Source: Lingula anatina (lineage: Eukaryota; Animalia; Brachiopoda). From it: a stretch of DNA of 64,000 bases. The stretch's first letter is position 1. Every line of letters starts with the position of its first letter. Made by a program: the position numbers and the translations under genes. The stretch spans positions 29,407,967-29,471,966 of the forward strand of contig CM120640.1 in the NCBI GenBank assembly GCA_051362555.1, given 5' to 3'. Of the stretch, positions 62,139 through 64,000 are shown in pieces. The notes beneath the pieces are model-generated. The model did not search any database and had not been told where the DNA came from. It saw only the letters and a program-made list of their open reading frames with translations.

Positions 62139-64000
62139 TTTTTCTCTATATAAGAAAAAAATTGTGAGATTTATATAAAATGCTCTGTTTAAAATTGAAC
62201 GTTTTTTTAATCGGACACGTATCGTTAAGAAAAAAATGAGCACACTTTCATTATGTTTGGTAAAAAAAAAAAGAGTCGTACGTCCTACGTAAAAATATAT
62301 ACAGCGTTTATCCAGCTATTGACAAAATGGAAGAATAGTTAACAATAGATTATAAAGGGAACATGAATTTGAAAAAAAAATCACTTGCAAAAACTATATA
62401 GAAAACAAACTACATGTTCACTTATGAAATCTGGATTAAAATCCAAGGGAGAGATCTCGATATTTCTCACATTTCTTACATCCATTTCAGAGATAAATAC
62501 TAAAACAAGAAAGAAGTTTTTTTCCATCCTATGAATGGTATTTACATGTATCAAATCAGCTTTTCAAGAAGGGAATTTTTGCAAATGGAAATTGAAATTT
62601 GTAAATTCTACATACTTCACTAGTAAAACAAAATAATCGAACTTGGTTCGTAAAATTATATCTCTTACTCAACAAGACAGCAAAACATTCAACTTTCAAG
62701 AGACGAGATGCCTTTTTCTCATCTGAACATTAAAAGAGAGACACACTATTAGCGTCAGTCGTTACAATCTAGATTTCAGTCCATTTGAAGAATGAGACTG
62801 AAGAATATAGTCACGCCGGTAAAAACAGAAATTAAGAATTCAACACCGGTCTTGTACAACTTATCAACGTTTTTAATAATGTGTCCTTCTGGGATTTAGG
62901 TGAAATTGATGAATATCACAGAAAAATATTTGGCTGCAAATCGACATAAAATTAGTATTTTTTGCGCACTTAATTTACAATCTAAACTAGAAAGTCGCCA
63001 CTTGCTGTCTTGCTGAAGAATACAGCCAATACTACACAAATGTCACGTCGACGAACATGAAACTACGATAGTATAGAACATATTTTAATGCACAGGGGCG
63101 AATTATCGAAATACGTTAGTAAAGCAAATAGTTTTGTTACTAATGACCATGCATTCTGGTATATGATCACATTTGAAATTCGTAAAAGACCTCAAATGGG
63201 ATATTATATGATATAAAACACGCAAGAGACACCTCAAGACCTAGCCTTTTCAAATCCGTTACAAACAGCATTTCTATCAGCTCGCCCCCTATGTCTTGAA
63301 GGGATCATCTTATAATCAATGCAACAAATTTAACTCACGTATTTATATGAAATGGAATATTAAATCTTGATTTATGAAATCTTGCCACTATTCAAAATGG
63401 AAATACATCACTATACTTAATAATTTAATTATGTTCTCTACTTCGGAAATGGACGTTTGTTGCTTTACCTATATCATATTCTTTAATTCCACTACCAACT
63501 GCTCATTGAATATCAACATGTCAATAGCTAGACTCTCACAAGACATTTCATAGCATTTTCCCCTCCTTGGCCATTTCTCACGGTAAACTTCGACTGTCAC
63601 TACTATTTCTACCGATGAAGTTAAAAATACTGAACATGAAGTGCCACTGCATCTTCCTTTGTTTTATGAGACGTGATGAGATGAAGTGAAGGAAGAAATA
63701 AATGGTACGTGGGGAAAATGTTGGGAAATGATCAAAACCACTCTGAAGCAAACAGGCGTCAATATACTTTTCAAAAATAAATCACAATTAACTTACAGCC
63801 AAAAACCCAACATCCATTTCTTAAAATGTTACATTGATTTGGCTGAAATTACGATATTCGCATACTTAATGTCGGGGCCGCCCTCGATCCACTTCCTGAT
63901 CACTCAGCACTGAGGCAGTGACGTCTCCTTCCAGGTTGTCCATCCCATTACATTCATGGTAGGGGGAGGTGGCAGGGCGAAGTGACCGCCTTTTCTATAT

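Overview
AT-rich, intron-rich animal genomic DNA. The repeat content looks lophotrochozoan or mollusc-like, but that is inference. Three host genes can be spliced by eye with GT-AG introns and consistent phases. They are the last two coding exons of an MFSD9-like MFS transporter (+), a complete 12-exon NPAT-like gene (-, 1308 aa) and a complete 10-exon PEX7 (+, 316 aa). NPAT and PEX7 are head-to-head, with 403 bp between their ATGs. Introns and intergenic DNA hold many mobile elements: a young near-full-length RTE-X-like LINE whose ORF1 and ORF2 are in frame across a single TAG; a Penelope remnant with inverted pLTRs carrying hammerhead-like motifs with a G3-C8 core swap; Helentron-type non-autonomous elements (HINEs) with an internal 146-bp satellite; a tRNA-derived SINE; several MITEs; and decayed Rex1, L2, Gypsy, BEL and Crypton-like fragments. 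There is no CRISPR or rRNA, and no convincing coding exon after about 52.8 kb. Family assignments and human residue or exon comparisons come from recalled motifs, not from database searches.
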